DNA of 64,000 bases from Phaeosaccion multiseriatum. Taxonomy: Eukaryota > Protista > Ochrophyta, other classes. A program made the position numbers and the translations under genes. The notes beneath the pieces are model-generated. The model had not been told where the DNA came from. It did not search any database and worked only from the letters and a program-made list of their open reading frames with translations. Positions within the stretch are counted from its first letter, which is position 1. Each line of letters opens with the position of its first letter. Of the stretch, positions 60,449-64,000 are shown in pieces. The stretch covers positions 1 through 64,000 of the forward strand of contig OZ218963.1 of the NCBI GenBank assembly GCA_965112735.1, written 5' to 3'.

Positions 60449-63400
60449 CTAGGCCGCCTCCTCCCAGTCTTCATCGCTGGAAGTCGCCTGGTTGCCGTCC
60501 GCTGAAGAGTCTGAAGAATACACGTCCTCGGTAAACACCTTATTCGTCTTCTTGTTCCTCGCCGGCTGCTTCTTCTTCCTCGGCTTCTCTTTCTCCCCCC
60601 CCGCTGCGGCTCCTGCTGCCTTTCTCTTCCCCTTCCCCTTCCCCCCTGCCGCTGTTGCTGCTGCTGCTGCTCCTCTCCCCCGCGTTCGTGTGCCTCCCGG
60701 AGCGGCCTCCTGCCTCTCCTTCATTTCCTGCCTCCGCTTGTTGCCGGTCCCTGCCCCGCTTCCTCCTTCCTCCTGCTCCAGCTGCTGCTGCTGCTGCTGC
60801 TGCTGCTGCATATCCGCTTCGATTGCGCCCATCTGCTCTATAATGTTGGCGTGAGCCTCCTCCAAGGCTGCTCCCTCCTGCTCCGTCACATACTCCAAGT
60901 GCGCCTCCCACTCGGGAAAGGTGGCCGTGAGGGAAGGCACAGCGCGCCCCTTCTCCAGCCATGTCTGCAGCCACCCCTCCACGCTCACGCCCTGGCTGGG
61001 ACGCCCCTCTGACGGCCCCTCTGAGGACGCAGAGGCCGGCGGTGCACCGCCACTATCACCCCTGATGGAAGGAGTCGAGCTACCCTCTCTATCTTTCTCC
61101 TCCTTCCTTCGCACCAGCAAAGCCTGCATAAAGTCTGCATGGAAGCGCAAGCCCAGCAGCTTGTCCTGACAACTCTGATAATGTCCCGCAGCAGTTGGTG
61201 ATACGCTGGACGAACCCCTCCCCTTCTCTGTCCGTGAGCCCCCCTCCCCGCTGTCTTCGTCTTTCTGCAGCGACATGGCGATGGCCAGCTCCAGCAGCCT
61301 CGCCTCTTCCTCTTCGTCCTCCTCACTGGAGCTGGAGCTGCTCTTCGTACCCTTCGCAGCACTTTTCTTCTTCTTCGTACCCGCGCCCGCACCCACCCGC
61401 TTCCTCGCACCCCCGCTGCCGTTGGTCCCACCCTGACCCCTTCTCGACTCACCAGCTGCTCCACGCCCAGATGGCGCCGGTGGCGGCCCGCTCAGGCCCA
61501 CGGCCTCTCTCATGCGCTGGCTGCGAATCCTGGCCACACGCAAACCGGTGTGGTACGTGCGAAAGTAGCGGTCGATCCTCGCCTGCCGCCCCCTGCCCCC
61601 CACTCTCCCCTTGGCCATCAAGCGATCCACCAGCGGCTTCACCACTGCCGACAACTGTGACTCGCCCCAGCCGAGCACGCTCCTGCACAGGCGCCTGAGC
61701 CCCTCCATGTCGGGCTCCTGCCAGCTGAGAGGCTCCTCAGACGAGTCCACCTGTGGCTTCTCGTAGGCCTGGATCACCAACGGGCTAGGGAACACGGCGG
61801 ACACGACCCAGCGGTTGCGCGCATTGCGGTGCTTCACCCTGAACAGCTCCTCCGCCGTGAGTTGCAGGGAGGCGTCGTCATCTGCTTCGTCACTGTCACT
61901 ATTCGCCCTCCTCGCAGCAGCCTTCTTGGCGGCGGCCTGGCTCTTGGTGTGCCTCTTGAGCAGTGCCTTCTCCCCCTCCGGGTCGAAGCCCCCCAGCCAC
62001 TCTTTGAAGGCCGTCAAGCAGTGCAAAGGCCCCTTGCCCTGCAGGGGAAAGGCCTTGAGGATCTCAGTGGCGTTGACGATGCCCACCCCCTTGACCCCCT
62101 CCGTGTAGTCACTGCCCAGCAGCAGGGCCAACGCGCGCATCTCCTCTGTGCCGAGGCCGAGCTCCCTCTCCGCGTCCGCCAAGTGGTATTCCTCCACGCT
62201 CTTCCGGTCCTCGAAGATGTTCTGACGACCACACGTACCACACAGCTCACGTAAGTAAGTCAACAAAGGCTACGCGGTAACACCAACACTCACGATAGTC
62301 GCAGGCGCACTTCTGGGACACGAGTGCCGCGAAAGATAGAAGGAGCGGTGCCTGCTGTTTCGCCCATACCCATACGCCTGCGCTTACTCTCTCGGCTCAC
62401 CTTGTACGCAATCTGCCCCCCGAACACGAACACGTCGCTGTCATCTGTGATGACCCCCTCCACCAGCCCGAGCCTCTCCAGCTCCGCGCACTGAGCCTCT
62501 GCCTCCATGGGGGCCACTACACGGACGCATGCACGCACCCACCCACACACACGCATCGAGACAGTCACACAAACGCAGGCGTGAGAAAGTGAGAACAGGT
62601 TCGAATGAAAAGAGGATGGCGGGGGGGTGGTAAGAGTACCTTCCTCCTTCACTGGCAGCTGCACAATCAAGCTATATAACATCCCCTGCCACTCACGCCA
62701 CCTACTTCCATACCCTACAATTCCCTACCATCCCTTGCCATCCTCTGCCATCTCCTGGCATCCCGTACCGATGTAGGGCACCCCCAGCAGCTCGAGCAGC
62801 TCCATGATGTCGTCTCTCATGTCCTCCGTCACGGTTTCCGCGTCGCGAGCCGCCTTCTTGGCTTGTTTCCGCAGCGCCGCCATGCGCCGCCTGTCCGAGT
62901 GGGCCCGTGCTGCCTCTTCCTCCGCCGTCTCCTCCGGTGCCGCCTCCACTACCACCACATCGTGGCCCGGGCTGTGGATGGGGGGCCTGACAGGCGGCCT
63001 CACGGTGACCGCATCTTCATTCCGTGGAGGAGGGGCGGGGGGAGCAGTCCCTTGCTGGCCATTGGCGGCGTCTTCCTCCTGCAGAGACATTGCAATGGCG
63101 ATATCCATCTCCTCCTGGTAATCGTCTTGCTCCTCAGTGTCAGGTGCGACCCTTGCTCCCCCTACTGCTGCACCACCAACAGCCGCTGTACTACCAACTT
63201 GTGCTGCTCCCGCTGCTGCTGATGGTGCCTCGCGGTCCTCCTGGAGCGACATTGCAATCGCGAGATCCATCTCCTCCTGGCTGATGTCGTCGTCATCCTC
63301 CTCCTCCTCTTCCTCCTCCTCGCCTTCGGCCTCATTGCTGCCCGCAGCACTTGGTGGTACAGCAACTGCCGCCTCCTCGGACGCCGATACAGCCGTTGGT

Positions 63401-64000
63401 GGCACAGCAGCAGGAGCCCCTCCGCCTCCCTCGCCCTCTTGCGAAGAAGGCAATGGCCCTGCTCCTGTCACCACGGAGACCGACTGATGGACAAGTTTGT
63501 GGCCGCCCCCCCCCTTCCCCTCCCTGTCTTCTTTCGACGGAGATTGGCCCTCTTTCAGCTCTTCTTCCTCTCCTTCTTCCTGCTGTTGCGCACCTGTATT
63601 CACATCTAAGGAATGATGCCCACTCCCCGCCTTTTCTAACCCCTCCTCCCCCTGGAGGGCCTTGTCCTTGCCGATACGACTTTTATCTCCTTCCCTACTT
63701 GCTGCTCCTGCTCGATGTCTGGCGTCAGCCCCGCCCTCCCAGCCCTCGGCGTCTCCGCCCTTTCGTACTACGTCCCCTTTTCCAACCTTGAGGCCCGTCC
63801 CGTCCCCACCCACCGCATTGGTATTAACACCCCCTACTTGTGCTCCCTGCGCAGACCCACTCGATGCTGCTGGCCCCTGCTCTTTCCCTCCTCCTCCTTC
63901 TCCCACGTCGCCCCCCTTCCGCTGTTCGTATCTTACATCATCCTCCTGTACACCCCCCCCGCCGTCACCACTCTCCACTTTCTCCGTCCCAGCATCGCGC
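60449..64000 (-). CDS. XPG: XPG/RAD2 (ERCC5/UVH3-like) structure-specific endonuclease, 3' part (5' end lies beyond the window)
   Basis: Exons >64000-62769, 62516-62401, 62221-60449. XPG-I motif [34 protein letters not shown]3TH motif [22 protein letters not shown]-box-like QARIDRYF. The long acidic spacer fits XPG rather than FEN1/EXO1. Confidence 0.93.

Overview
Left end of a eukaryotic chromosome. The host is inferred to be an ochrophyte (stramenopile) alga: two genes carry bipartite ASAFAP-type plastid leaders, the telomere is TTAGGG, and genes are GC- and intron-rich. Layout: 8.2 kb of (CCCTAA)n telomere (1-8231); a 13 kb subtelomeric satellite of ~308 x 42 bp with nested higher-order repeats (8232-21184); then six spliced genes that I reconstructed by hand from GT-AG phases. 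They are: an N-myristoylation-motif ankyrin protein (-); a giant IQ / p25alpha-like / WW / 3x B-box protein with a 153-Gly tract (+); a plastid-targeted TPR protein (+); a plastid-targeted EF-hand-Tic20 fusion (-); a small Tudor-like hypothetical protein (+); and the 3' part of XPG/RAD2 (-). Most notable: (i) a recurrent GATGGCAGTGG / CCACTGCCATC motif pair that flanks exons in inverted orientation regardless of gene strand; (ii) the EF-hand-Tic20 fusion; (iii) a dispersed TATCACCAAC 10-mer; (iv) intronic microsatellites made of splice-signal multimers; (v) apparent telomere healing directly onto the satellite. Domain calls come from motif recognition by eye, not from database searches. I saw no rRNA, tRNA, CRISPR or transposase.
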